From Candidatus Nomurabacteria bacterium (lineage in GTDB: Bacteria; Patescibacteriota; Minisyncoccia; Phycocordibacterales; UBA9973), in assembly GCA_003155695.1 (NCBI GenBank), contig PMDZ01000005.1, positions 49,913 to 113,912 on the forward strand: a stretch of 64,000 bases of DNA, written 5' to 3'. Shown in pieces: positions 1 through 9,282 of the stretch (positions are counted from its first letter, which is position 1; each line of letters begins with the position of its first letter). The position numbers were made by a program, and so were the translations under genes. The notes beneath the pieces were generated by a model, which saw only the letters and a program-made list of their open reading frames with translations, had not been told where the DNA came from and did no database searches.

Positions 1-1
1 G

Positions 2-499
2 AAGGAAATCTCATTTCGATTGGTTATCAAGAAAAGCAAGGAAACGAATAGCACTTCTCTTCGGGCCGACGCTTGGCATCATCGAAGCGACGCAATCACC
101 TCTATTGCGGCATTCGTAGGAATATCGATTGCATTGATATTAGGAAAAGGTTTTGAGCAAGCCGACGACTGGGCAGCACTCTTTGCGGCCGTGTTTATAC
201 TTTACAATTGCTATCTAATTTTTAGACCTGCACTGGGAGAAATTATGGATGAACATACTCACGATGAGATGATATGCCAAATTAGAGAAATAGCTAAAAA
301 AACCGAGGGAATCATAGATACAGAAAAATGTTTTGTTAGAAAAGCAGGTATGCAATTCCATATAGACCTACATATCATTGTGAATGGAGAAATAACAGTT
401 AGAGAAGGACATGACATTGCTCACAGGCTCAAAGGTGTACTCTTAAAAGAAATGCCCGAATTATCAAATATTTTGATACACGTTGAGCCAAATGAATAG
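2..499 (+). CDS. Cation diffusion facilitator (CDF) family metal efflux protein, C-terminal portion; the 5' end lies outside the window
   Basis: The ORF runs from the window edge. It has a TM segment followed by the cytoplasmic C-terminal CDF domain (HIDLHIIVNG...ITVREGHDIAH...ILIHVEP), typical of CzcD/FieF-like proteins. Confidence 0.65.
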   Translation, partial: KEISFRLVIKKSKETNSTSLRADAWHHRSDAITSIAAFVGISIALILGKGFEQADDWAALFAAVFILYNCYLIFRPALGEIMDEHTHDEMICQIREIAKKTEGIIDTEKCFVRKAGMQFHIDLHIIVNGEITVREGHDIAHRLKGVLLKEMPELSNILIHVEPNE

Positions 500-567
500 A
501 TTATTTTGAAGTTTTGATCCTTAATTTCATTTGCTTAACCTCGCAAAATATAGTATACTTGTAATAT

Positions 568-801
568 ATGACGATTATCGCCAAAATACTGCCTTATTTG
601 CAGATTATCCTATCAATTATCTTAATAGCCGCAATTTTACTTCAGCAATCAAGTGCCGGAGTGGGAGGGGCATTAGGGGGAGGAGATGGAGGTGGGCTTT
701 ATAATACACGCCGTGGTTTTGAAAAGTTCCTTTTTTTCTTAACGATAGTTGTTGGCATAATTCTTGTCGCGTCATCATTCGCCGCTATATTCATTAAATA
801 A
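568..801 (+). CDS. secG: Preprotein translocase subunit SecG
   Basis: A 77-aa protein with two hydrophobic helices separated by a Gly-rich loop (QQSSAGVGGALGGGDGGGLYNTRRGFEK), the typical SecG architecture. Confidence 0.7.
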   Translation: MTIIAKILPYLQIILSIILIAAILLQQSSAGVGGALGGGDGGGLYNTRRGFEKFLFFLTIVVGIILVASSFAAIFIK

Positions 802-844
802 TTTAAGATTTATATCTTTAACTCTGTAGTTTTTTCTGGCTATT

Positions 845-2653
845 ATGCATAATTTTATCCTATTTATTAAAGAATTTCATATTTATAAGAAGAAAGAACT
901 TTTGGATGCATTCGCATCTTTTTCCAGGAAACAATTTCTTATTTTTTCCACAATTGTTGCCCTCGCTCTTGTTTCTTCGATAATTTTAATTGCCAAAGTC
1001 AATTCAATGTTTTTGGTTGATGTCCCAATAAGCGGAGGAACACTGACGGAAGGCATCATCGGTATCCCGACACTGGTCAATCCCGTCATTGCGACATCGG
1101 ATGCCGACAAGGATTTAACTTCCCTTGTCTATTCGGGTTTAATGAGAAAAACTCCCGAAGGAGAATTCATTCCCGATTTGGCGGAATCATATTCCGAATC
1201 GCCCGATGGTTTGAATTATACTTTTACAATCAAGAAAAATGCAAAATTCCAAGACGGTTCGAATGTCACAGCCGATGATGTCATTTTTACTATCGAGAAA
1301 ATAAAAGACCCGATAATAAAAAGTCCGCGTAAAAATAGTTGGGATGGAGTAACTGTTACCAAAATGGATGACTATACCGTCACATTCACTCTTTCGCAGT
1401 CTTATATATCTTTTATGGATAATACAACTATCGGAATACTACCATCCGTCTTATGGAAAAGTGTTGACGTAAGTAAATTTAATTTGTCCCCCCTTAATAC
1501 CAAAGCTATCGGGTCGGGACCTTACGAAATTAAATCGGTTGTAAAAAACAGTGATGGGACTTCCGGAAAATTTGCGCTTGAACGTTTTAATGATTTTGCA
1601 CTTGGAAAACCAAGAATTAAATATTTAAATATTATTTCTTATGCTAATGGGAAAGATTTGGTGGGAGCTCTTACCGACCACTTTATCGACCAAGCCGGAG
1701 GCATAAGTCCGGAAAATACCGAGAGCGTAATTAAGGCAAATTATATAATCCGCACATCAACCTTGCCGAGAATTTTCGGAATCTTTTTTAACGCTAATAA
1801 TAATAAAATTTTTGCCGATTCGGCTGTTATCAAAGCTTTTGACCTTGCAATCGATAGACAAGATATCGTCAATCAAGTATTGGGCGGTTATGGCTCAACA
1901 GTTCATAATCCAATCCCGGGAAGAATCTTGAAGGATGATACACCGGAAGTGATATTTAGTAACGTTACAATCGATGAAGCCAATCTTATTCTTGATAATG
2001 CCGGATGGATAAAAGGAGAAGATGGAATAAGGGTAAAAGGAGGGGCAACAACAAAAACTGTGACAAAAAAAGTCAATGGAAAAACCGTTACAGGAACTGT
2101 CCCTGTGAAAAGTACCACGCCTTCTATCAGGCTCTCTTTCTCGTTGATGACTGGAGATACGCCGGAACTTAGACAGACAACGGAATTGATAAAAGAACAA
2201 CTGGCAAAACTTGGAGCCGAAGTTGATATTAGTAAAGTATATGAAACCGGTCAACTGAACCAACTTATTAGAGCTCGTGATTATGAAGCGTTGTTTTTTG
2301 GACAGATTATAAATCATGAATCCGATTTATATTCTTTCTGGCACTCTTCCCAGAGGACAGACCCGGGATTAAATATCGCCATGTATAATAACAAGAAAGT
2401 CGATACCCTTCTTGAGTCGATTCAAAAAACATTAAGCGTGACTGATCGTTTAAGTAAATACGAAGACCTTATGGATGAATTCAATAACAATATACCGGCT
2501 ATTTTAATTTATTCTCCCAAATATTTATATGCAACTTCACCTCATTTGAATAATGTTTCTCTTGATTATATAACCATTCCTTCCGACCGATTTTCATCTG
2601 TCTATACTTGGTCTATCGATACGGATAAAGTTTGGAAAATTTTTACTAAATAA
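845..2653 (+). CDS. ABC transporter substrate-binding protein, family 5 (oligopeptide/nickel type), with an N-terminal signal anchor
   Basis: A 602-aa protein with an N-terminal TM anchor and SBP_bac_5-like size and sequence character (SPDGLNYTFTIKKNAKFQDGSNVTADDV...). Confidence 0.65.
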   Translation: MHNFILFIKEFHIYKKKELLDAFASFSRKQFLIFSTIVALALVSSIILIAKVNSMFLVDVPISGGTLTEGIIGIPTLVNPVIATSDADKDLTSLVYSGLMRKTPEGEFIPDLAESYSESPDGLNYTFTIKKNAKFQDGSNVTADDVIFTIEKIKDPIIKSPRKNSWDGVTVTKMDDYTVTFTLSQSYISFMDNTTIGILPSVLWKSVDVSKFNLSPLNTKAIGSGPYEIKSVVKNSDGTSGKFALERFNDFALGKPRIKYLNIISYANGKDLVGALTDHFIDQAGGISPENTESVIKANYIIRTSTLPRIFGIFFNANNNKIFADSAVIKAFDLAIDRQDIVNQVLGGYGSTVHNPIPGRILKDDTPEVIFSNVTIDEANLILDNAGWIKGEDGIRVKGGATTKTVTKKVNGKTVTGTVPVKSTTPSIRLSFSLMTGDTPELRQTTELIKEQLAKLGAEVDISKVYETGQLNQLIRARDYEALFFGQIINHESDLYSFWHSSQRTDPGLNIAMYNNKKVDTLLESIQKTLSVTDRLSKYEDLMDEFNNNIPAILIYSPKYLYATSPHLNNVSLDYITIPSDRFSSVYTWSIDTDKVWKIFTK

Positions 2654-2668
2654 TTTAATAATATAGAA

Positions 2669-4660
2669 ATGATAAACGAAATACCTAAAAAAATACAAAA
2701 CCCTAAACAAAGAAGCGGTCAGAGATTCAGTTACCGCAAACACGGCAATATCCGCGTCCTGCACAAACCAGAGCAACCGATGACTAGAGTAATCAATCCT
2801 CCAAAGTTTAACTCATACAGTAGTGACAAGACCCAAACGCAAACGCCTAATAGAAAAATAAGTCGTGGAAGCTATCAGTACAATAATGCACGAGGTAGCC
2901 GACGCGGACGAGCCGGCACTGGTGGAGTGGACAACAAGCAAACTTATCCTAAAAATAATCCGAACCCGATACCGCCTCCCGAGAAAGGAGTCATCAGAAT
3001 AATTCCTCTCGGTGGCGTTGAGGAAATCGGGAAAAATATGACCGCTGTTGAAATCGGGAATGATATTATTGTCATTGATGCCGGAATGCAATTCAAAACC
3101 GAGGACACTCCGGGAATCGATTACATTATCCCAAATACTACTTATCTTGAAGAAAGAAAAGATAAAATCCGTGCCATGATCGTTACACACGGTCACTTGG
3201 ACCACATCGGAGGCATTCCTTTGGTTATGAGTCGGATTGGCAATCCTCCAATTTATTCCCGAAATCTTACGGTTTTGGTGATGAAAAAACGTCAGGAAGA
3301 ATTTCCCCATTTGCCTCCTCTTGATGCTCACATTGTCGAGACGGATTCCGTCATCAATGTCGGGGATTTACGTATTCGTTTCTTTGGAGTCACTCACACG
3401 ATGCCCGATTCCATGGGTATTGTCATCGAAACTCCATACGGTTCGATTGTGACTCCTGGAGACTATAAGCTCGACCAGGTAGATGGCAAAGTAAGCGAGG
3501 AAGAAGAGAAAGAATATGCTTTTTTTGATAAAGAAAAAGTTCTTTTGCTTATGACCGACTCGACCAATATCGAAAATGAAGGATTTTCAATACCTGAAGT
3601 TCGCGTTCATGAGGGCTTGAGGAAATTAATAGGTCAAGGAACAGGACGCATTATTATTTCGGCTTTTGCCTCATCTATTACTCGCTTGATGAAAATTGTT
3701 GAGATAGCCGAATCATTCGGCAAAAAAGTAATTCTTGACGGCAGATCGCTCAAGACCAACATGGAGATTTGTGAACAAGCCGGAATTTTCAAACCCAAGA
3801 AAGGCACAATCATTCCTGTTGAAGATGTCGATAAATATCCTCCAAATAAAATTCTTGTCATGATGACCGGAGCCCAGGGCGAAGAATTCGCCGCTCTTTC
3901 CCGTGCCGCAAACAAAACTCACAAAAAGTTTACTATCCGTCCGGGTGATACGATAATTCTTTCTTCTTCGATTGTTCCGGGGAACGAAATCGCCGTCCAG
4001 CATTTAAAAGATAATCTAACCCGTCATGGTGTTCGAATTATAAGTTACAGAACAAGCGAAGAGACAGTCCACGCTACCGGTCACGGTGACCAGGAGGATA
4101 TTAAGTGGCTCCATCGTAAAACTCATCCTAAATTCTTTATTCCAATTCACGGTTGGCATTCAATGCTCGTCAAACACAAAGAAGTGGCGATGTCTCTCGG
4201 CATGTCCGCCGATAATATTATAGTTCCGGACAATGGTTCAATTATCGAAATCGTCGATAATGGGAATAAAATCATTCTTCGTAAAGAAAAAGCTCCATCA
4301 GGTCCGATGCTTGTTGATGGATTTTCTGTTGGCGACGAGCAAGATGTTGTTATTCGAGACCGTGTGATGCTTGCCCAAGACGGAATGTTTGTCTTAATTG
4401 TAACCATAGATTCCGCAACCGGGAAATTACGCAAATCACCTGATATAATTTCTCGCGGTTTTATTTATTTGAAAGAAAATCAGGAATTGTTGCATCAAGT
4501 CCGCTTAATCATTAAGAAAACCGTTGAAGATGAAGTCCATGGAATGAACCTTGTTAATTTTGATACTCTGAAAACTTCACTCGGAGATAATATCTCAAAG
4601 TTCCTCTTCCAAAAAACAGCCAAAAGACCAATTGTTATTCCCGTATTACTAAGTATTTGA
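2669..4660 (+). CDS. rnj: Ribonuclease J (metallo-beta-lactamase/beta-CASP RNase) with a ~105-aa basic low-complexity N-terminal extension
   Basis: It has the IIPLGGVEEIGKNMTAVE start of RNase J, the HGHLDHIGG zinc motif, a beta-CASP region and an RNase J C-terminal domain. An R/G/N/P/Q-rich tail precedes the canonical start. Confidence 0.85.
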   Translation: MINEIPKKIQNPKQRSGQRFSYRKHGNIRVLHKPEQPMTRVINPPKFNSYSSDKTQTQTPNRKISRGSYQYNNARGSRRGRAGTGGVDNKQTYPKNNPNPIPPPEKGVIRIIPLGGVEEIGKNMTAVEIGNDIIVIDAGMQFKTEDTPGIDYIIPNTTYLEERKDKIRAMIVTHGHLDHIGGIPLVMSRIGNPPIYSRNLTVLVMKKRQEEFPHLPPLDAHIVETDSVINVGDLRIRFFGVTHTMPDSMGIVIETPYGSIVTPGDYKLDQVDGKVSEEEEKEYAFFDKEKVLLLMTDSTNIENEGFSIPEVRVHEGLRKLIGQGTGRIIISAFASSITRLMKIVEIAESFGKKVILDGRSLKTNMEICEQAGIFKPKKGTIIPVEDVDKYPPNKILVMMTGAQGEEFAALSRAANKTHKKFTIRPGDTIILSSSIVPGNEIAVQHLKDNLTRHGVRIISYRTSEETVHATGHGDQEDIKWLHRKTHPKFFIPIHGWHSMLVKHKEVAMSLGMSADNIIVPDNGSIIEIVDNGNKIILRKEKAPSGPMLVDGFSVGDEQDVVIRDRVMLAQDGMFVLIVTIDSATGKLRKSPDIISRGFIYLKENQELLHQVRLIIKKTVEDEVHGMNLVNFDTLKTSLGDNISKFLFQKTAKRPIVIPVLLSI

Positions 4661-4670
4661 TAAATCAAAA

Positions 4671-5867
4671 ATGAAATCGTCAAAAATAAAAAGAATGTAT
4701 ACGCTCGCTTTCATTTTTGCTTTGCATATTTCTATTTCGGCGTATATCAGTTCCGTCTTTTTGACCCAAATAATCAAGGAAAACTTTGTCGGAATTTTAT
4801 ATACGCTTGCTTCGCTCCTAACTCTTATTCTCCTTGCAAAAAGTTCAGGTATATTAAAAAATTTCGGTAATAAAAGATTGACTCTTATATTTCTGATAAT
4901 AAACATGATTTCACTGGTTGGATTAATAACTTCCAGTAATCCTTTTATAATCGGGGCTTCATTCATCTTATTTACAACGACTAATACATTAATTTATTTC
5001 TGTATAGATATATTTATCGAGCATTTTGGAAACCCGGAAACGATTGGCAAAACTCGTGGTTTATATTTAACAATATTAAACTTTGCCTGGATGCTGTCTC
5101 CTTTTATTTCAGTCCTCTTAATAACCCGCGAAGGCGGATACAGAGCGATATTTACACTCGCCTTCGTGATGGTATTTATAATGACTGTCGGACTGCTGTT
5201 TTCAGTCAGAACTTTTGAGGACAAAGTGTACAGTAAAACTCCTTTCCTCGAAACATATAAATTTTTGAAAACAAATCGGCACATACTTGCCATTATGATA
5301 ATAAATTTTATTCTGCAATTCTTTTATGCTTGGATGATTGTCTATACCCCGATATATCTTTTTAATCATTTAAACTTTACCTGGACTCAAATCGGAATAA
5401 TATTTACAATAATGCTTTTTCCATTCGTCATCCTTGGGTTACCGGTAGGAACACTTATCGATAAATATCATATCAGCAAGAGAACTTTATTGTATGTCGG
5501 ATTTTTTATCATTATCGGCTCAACGTTTACGATTTCTTTCATCACGACAAAAAGTTTGGCAGTCTGGGCAATAATTTTATTTATCAGTCGCGTGGGAGCA
5601 ACTATCATCGAAACAACTTCGGAAACTTATTTTTTCTACCATGTCAAAGAAGAAGAAGCGCATTTACTCAGTGTCTTCCGGGATATGGTCCCTGTCGCCT
5701 ATATTATTGCCCCGCTCATAGCCACAGGTGTTTTCTTTTTCCTACCGTTCAAATATTTATTCGTAATTTTAAGTGTCGTATTATTATCGGGATTTTATTA
5801 TATTCCTCACCTGAAACATAATCACCCATATCCAAATGAAAATATCATACCCAATCCGAATCAATAA
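4671..5867 (+). CDS. Polytopic membrane transporter, MFS-like
   Basis: A 398-aa protein with about 12 predicted TM helices and no soluble domain. The assignment rests only on topology and size. Confidence 0.4.
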   Translation: MKSSKIKRMYTLAFIFALHISISAYISSVFLTQIIKENFVGILYTLASLLTLILLAKSSGILKNFGNKRLTLIFLIINMISLVGLITSSNPFIIGASFILFTTTNTLIYFCIDIFIEHFGNPETIGKTRGLYLTILNFAWMLSPFISVLLITREGGYRAIFTLAFVMVFIMTVGLLFSVRTFEDKVYSKTPFLETYKFLKTNRHILAIMIINFILQFFYAWMIVYTPIYLFNHLNFTWTQIGIIFTIMLFPFVILGLPVGTLIDKYHISKRTLLYVGFFIIIGSTFTISFITTKSLAVWAIILFISRVGATIIETTSETYFFYHVKEEEAHLLSVFRDMVPVAYIIAPLIATGVFFFLPFKYLFVILSVVLLSGFYYIPHLKHNHPYPNENIIPNPNQ

Positions 5868-6558
5868 ATATTTAGCTCACAAGAACTTTTCAACGAGGGT
5901 TGGAGGAGATGACCTTGTAAAAAAGGGTCTTGTTTTTATCAACGGACGAAAGGCAATTTTGGGAGACAAAGTAAATGAGGGTGATGAAGTCACTGTCAAA
6001 TCAAAAGGTTCACAAAAAGAATATGTCTATTACGCATATAATAAAGATGTCGGGATTTCAACTAACCCGGACACTGGAAGCAAGGACATATTGCAAGTCA
6101 CAAGGTTTCCTGAAAAAGTTTTCCCTGTCGGCCGGCTCGACAAAGATTCACACGGATTGATAATTATGACAAATGACGGACGAATAACCGACAGACTTTT
6201 GTCACCACTCTACTCTCATGAGAAAGAATATGTCGTCAAAGTCGATAAACCGTTCTCCGATAAATTCATTGAGCTAATGTCCGATGGCGTTCATTTCGAC
6301 GGATTTATCAGCAAGAAATGCAAGGTTTGGCCCGAAAGCACCGGTAAGAGTAAATCCAAGGATACCTTCCACATCGTCCTGAGAGAGGGCAAAAAACGCC
6401 AAATAAGACGCATGTGCGAAGCATTACATCATAATGTTATCGACCTCAAGCGTATACGTATTATGAACGTCGTGCTGGACAAAATCCCGCTTGGAGAATT
6501 TAGAGAAATAAAAGGCGAAAAACTTAAAGAATTTCTTAAATTACTTCAACTCATATAA
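5836..6558 (+). CDS. RsuA/RluB-family pseudouridine synthase with an N-terminal S4 RNA-binding domain
   Basis: It has an S4-like N-terminus (IRINKYLAHKNFSTR) and the catalytic motif VGRLDKDSHGLIIMTNDG with the conserved Asp. Confidence 0.75.
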   Translation: MKISYPIRINKYLAHKNFSTRVGGDDLVKKGLVFINGRKAILGDKVNEGDEVTVKSKGSQKEYVYYAYNKDVGISTNPDTGSKDILQVTRFPEKVFPVGRLDKDSHGLIIMTNDGRITDRLLSPLYSHEKEYVVKVDKPFSDKFIELMSDGVHFDGFISKKCKVWPESTGKSKSKDTFHIVLREGKKRQIRRMCEALHHNVIDLKRIRIMNVVLDKIPLGEFREIKGEKLKEFLKLLQLI

Positions 6559-6590
6559 TTATAAATCCCTCCATATGGAGGGATTTATAA

Positions 6591-6791
6591 TTATTTGGCG
6601 ATATAGGGAAGTAACCCCATAAAACGTGCGCGCTTGATGGCCATGGCCAGCTTTCTTTGATTCTTGGCTGTGACATCGGTGCGATGTCGGGCCAGCATGC
6701 GAGCCGAAGGAGAGAGAAATCTTTTCAGAACTTCTATATCCTTGTAGTCAATATGTTTGATATTGTTCGATGAAAAATAATCTTGTTTCAT
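6591..6791 (-). CDS. rpsR: 30S ribosomal protein S18
   Basis: A 66-aa protein with RFLSPSARMLARHRTDVTAKNQRKLAMAIKRARFMGLLPY. It sits in the canonical rpsF-ssb-rpsR arrangement. Confidence 0.85.
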   Translation of the reverse strand: MKQDYFSSNNIKHIDYKDIEVLKRFLSPSARMLARHRTDVTAKNQRKLAMAIKRARFMGLLPYIAK

Positions 6792-6798
6792 TTTTTTT

Positions 6799-6830
6799 AA
6801 TTCGTAATTCGTAATTATTAATTCGTAATT
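6799..6830 (-). repeat. Heptamer-repeat leader element (CGAATTA)n on the coding strand, followed by A7 and the rpsR ATG
   Basis: The plus-strand sequence is aattcgtaattcgtaattattaattcgtaatt. About 30 nt are identical to the element at 14475-14492. It lies between the ssb stop (6833) and the rpsR start (6791), and no Shine-Dalgarno sequence is visible. Confidence 0.6.
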
Positions 6831-6832
6831 GA

Positions 6833-7297
6833 TTAGAACGGTATATCTTCGGCATTAATCTGTTCTTCCGGATATTCGATTGTATCCAGCTCTCCCTCAT
6901 CTTTATCTTCAGCGGGTGTAGTCTTTGATGCAGATGCCTGACTAGTTACTCCACTTTTAGCTCCGCCGCTATTGGAACCAAATTGAATTCTGTCGGCAAT
7001 AACTTCGGTTCGGTATTTTTTGGTATTTGTCGCTGCATCATCCCAACTTCTTGTCTGCATCCGACCTTCTACCATAACCTGACTTCCCTTTTTCATATAT
7101 TGAGCAGTCGTTTCGGCTTGCCTCCCGAAGACAACGACATTGTGGTAATCTGCGGCTTCTTGTTTGGCTCCATTTTTATCTTTCCAAACGCGATTTGTTG
7201 CAACAGAGAAACTACAAACTTTTATACCTGAAGGGATGGCCTTGAGTTCCGGGTCTCGGGTTAAGTTACCGATTATAAATACTTTGTTTAAATACAT
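6833..7297 (-). CDS. ssb: Single-stranded DNA-binding protein
   Basis: It has an OB-fold N-terminus (MYLNKVFIIGNLTRDPELK...), a Gly/Ser-rich linker and the acidic C-terminal DIPF tail. Confidence 0.9.
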   Translation of the reverse strand: MYLNKVFIIGNLTRDPELKAIPSGIKVCSFSVATNRVWKDKNGAKQEAADYHNVVVFGRQAETTAQYMKKGSQVMVEGRMQTRSWDDAATNTKKYRTEVIADRIQFGSNSGGAKSGVTSQASASKTTPAEDKDEGELDTIEYPEEQINAEDIPF

Positions 7298-7328
7298 AAA
7301 ATAAATAGTTAAATTATTAATAATAATA

Positions 7329-7841
7329 TTATACCACTAGGGCCTCAATTTCTTTGTCTATCGTTTCTTCATTTATTTTTTCTACTTCCTCAATCTTCGG
7401 AGTATAACGGCGCTTGTTACCATCTTGTCTTGAGTATGAACGTTTGACCGACATTGTATTCTCGCGAACTGTTTTAATCAAGAGGTATCGAACAAGTTTC
7501 TCATTCTTGTCCAGAATATTTTTTATAACTCTAGCCTGGTCGGTATTACATTCAAACTTCACCCAACCAAAATAGCCATAAGAGAACTTCTGGCTCTTAT
7601 TGTTAATAGAGCGGGACATGACGTAAGCCAGCTCTATCAGTTTAGGATATTCATCGGAAATAAAAACTGCTCCATTTTCCAAAAACATATCCTTAAATGC
7701 CGTGACTTCACCACCAAGGTTTTCCTCGGCAATTGTCGGCACCATAATGTAACCCACTTCATAAACACCAAGACGAACCTCCTTTTCTTCTGAGACATCT
7801 TCTTCAACGACACCTTCAATATTCTTTTTTGTTCTTGCCAT
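7329..7841 (-). CDS. rpsF: 30S ribosomal protein S6, with N- and C-terminal extensions
   Basis: It has an S6-like core (YEVGYIMVPTIAEEN...) and sits immediately upstream of ssb-rpsR in the conserved order. The first ~22 aa are an acidic extension, so the true start may lie further downstream. Confidence 0.7.
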   Translation of the reverse strand: MARTKKNIEGVVEEDVSEEKEVRLGVYEVGYIMVPTIAEENLGGEVTAFKDMFLENGAVFISDEYPKLIELAYVMSRSINNKSQKFSYGYFGWVKFECNTDQARVIKNILDKNEKLVRYLLIKTVRENTMSVKRSYSRQDGNKRRYTPKIEEVEKINEETIDKEIEALVV

Positions 7842-7962
7842 CGATAAATGCGCAAAACGCGCAATAAATTATTAATTTTAATACAATTTCGTTATGGACC
7901 AATGTGTACCGACTTCAGGGCCGGGACAAGCGAAATGTAGAGTCATACTAACAAAGATTCGG

Positions 7963-8826
7963 TTATAAGTCAAAGAGACGCTTGGCATTAGCGAAAATAG
8001 CCTCGGCTGTTTCTTCTTCGGTAAGACTTTTAATTTCGGCTATTTTTTTGATGATTTCTCTCACATAAACTGGTTCATTTCTTTTCCCCCGATAAGGCAC
8101 AGGAGCAACATATGGACTATCGGTATCAGCTAGAATCATATCAAGCGGGGTTTCTTTTATGACCGAAATATAATCACAAATTTCCGGTTTTGGTTTGTAG
8201 GTGATTGGTCCAGCAAAAGAAATATACACCCCGAGCTCAATAAATCTTTTCATATCCTCAACATTACCGGCAAAAAAATGGGATACTCCTTTGATTTCCT
8301 CTCGTTTGGAATATTTTTTAATTAATTCGTAGACATCAAAGTAGGCATTGTGAGTTTTGTCAGTCGGATTATTACGAATGTGAAGCATAAGTGGCAAATT
8401 AAGTTCGTTGGCAAGTTCAATTTGTTCAATGAAAGCTTTTTTCTGTTTTTCAATTGTTTCAGGTTCCATATGATAATAATCAAGCCCACATTCCCCTATC
8501 GCCACAACTTTGCCAAGCTTCGCCAGCTCTTTATATTTTTCTTTATCAAAAATTTCTCCACGAGAAAAAAATTCTTTGTTTTCTTCGCCAAGCTCGTTCG
8601 CATCGTGATACGATGCTCCAGTATGAATGGGATGAAGCCCGATTGTCGCATAAACTCCCTCCTTGTATTCATTTGTCATCTCCACAGCCTTTCTTGAAGT
8701 ATCGAGTTGCGTTCCGACATTTATTACCCAAGTACCATTGTCCAAAGCACGTCGAATTACCGCATCCCTATCTTCCTCGAATGCTTTGAAGTTTGTATGA
8801 GCATGTATATCTATGTATTTGGGCAT
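7963..8826 (-). CDS. tatD: TatD-family metal-dependent hydrolase/DNase
   Basis: The start is IDIHAHTNF, followed by GLHP, ECGLDYYH and LPLMLHIRN motifs. It has the TIM-barrel amidohydrolase signature of TatD. Confidence 0.8.
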   Translation of the reverse strand: MPKYIDIHAHTNFKAFEEDRDAVIRRALDNGTWVINVGTQLDTSRKAVEMTNEYKEGVYATIGLHPIHTGASYHDANELGEENKEFFSRGEIFDKEKYKELAKLGKVVAIGECGLDYYHMEPETIEKQKKAFIEQIELANELNLPLMLHIRNNPTDKTHNAYFDVYELIKKYSKREEIKGVSHFFAGNVEDMKRFIELGVYISFAGPITYKPKPEICDYISVIKETPLDMILADTDSPYVAPVPYRGKRNEPVYVREIIKKIAEIKSLTEEETAEAIFANAKRLFDL

Positions 8827-8908
8827 AAATTAAATATATCACTTATTGATAAAAAGAAAACCCACCTTGTGTAGTGGGCATTTTTTATTAAACTTATTAA
8901 AACTAAAT

Positions 8909-9160
8909 TTATTTGAACATCTCTTTTCTACTTCTTTTATTTAATATAGTAAATAAAAAGAGAAGCAGGTAAGCCGCTATGCATGTAGCAAATATCGTTA
9001 CAGCAAAGAACAGTATTGGATCAAATTTACCTATTGCTGTATTTAATAGCAGATGTGCAACTACCACATAAAGAAAGCCAAGTAAGATTCCCGCTGTTAT
9101 TGGCATTTCGCTAAAAAATAGTGTGGGAAAAATAAGCAAAAAAAGCAATTTTCTTTTCAT
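8909..9160 (-). CDS. Small hypothetical membrane protein
   Basis: An 83-aa protein with two or three hydrophobic helices. It is followed by a hairpin and U-tract at 8856-8895 on the minus strand. Confidence 0.3.
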   Translation of the reverse strand: MKRKLLFLLIFPTLFFSEMPITAGILLGFLYVVVAHLLLNTAIGKFDPILFFAVTIFATCIAAYLLLFLFTILNKRSRKEMFK

Positions 9161-9282
9161 TTTTTATTGTTATTAGGTTTTCTTAATTTCCTGGAAGAAA
9201 CTAAAAGAACCTAACAACAAATACACAAAAGAACTACGCTACAGCGTAATATATAACATCTCAAACAAATAGTCAAAGTAAG

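Noticed and set aside
1895-2317. Antisense 'shadow' ORFs on the opposite strand of the SBP, RNase J, ileS, argS and glyA genes (60-190 aa; for example 1895-2317, 2813-3331, 20878-21324, 21101-21592, 22464-23024 and 26295-26609).
   Set aside because: They lie entirely within well-supported genes on the other strand. They have low-complexity or Cys/Phe-rich composition typical of an AT-rich reverse frame. They also have no motifs and no ribosome-binding site.
6799-6830. Whether the repeated aattcgtaatt units are a CRISPR array.
   Set aside because: The units are 7-nt tandem repeats with no spacers, there are only 2-4 copies per locus and no cas genes are present. This is a microsatellite or leader element, not CRISPR.
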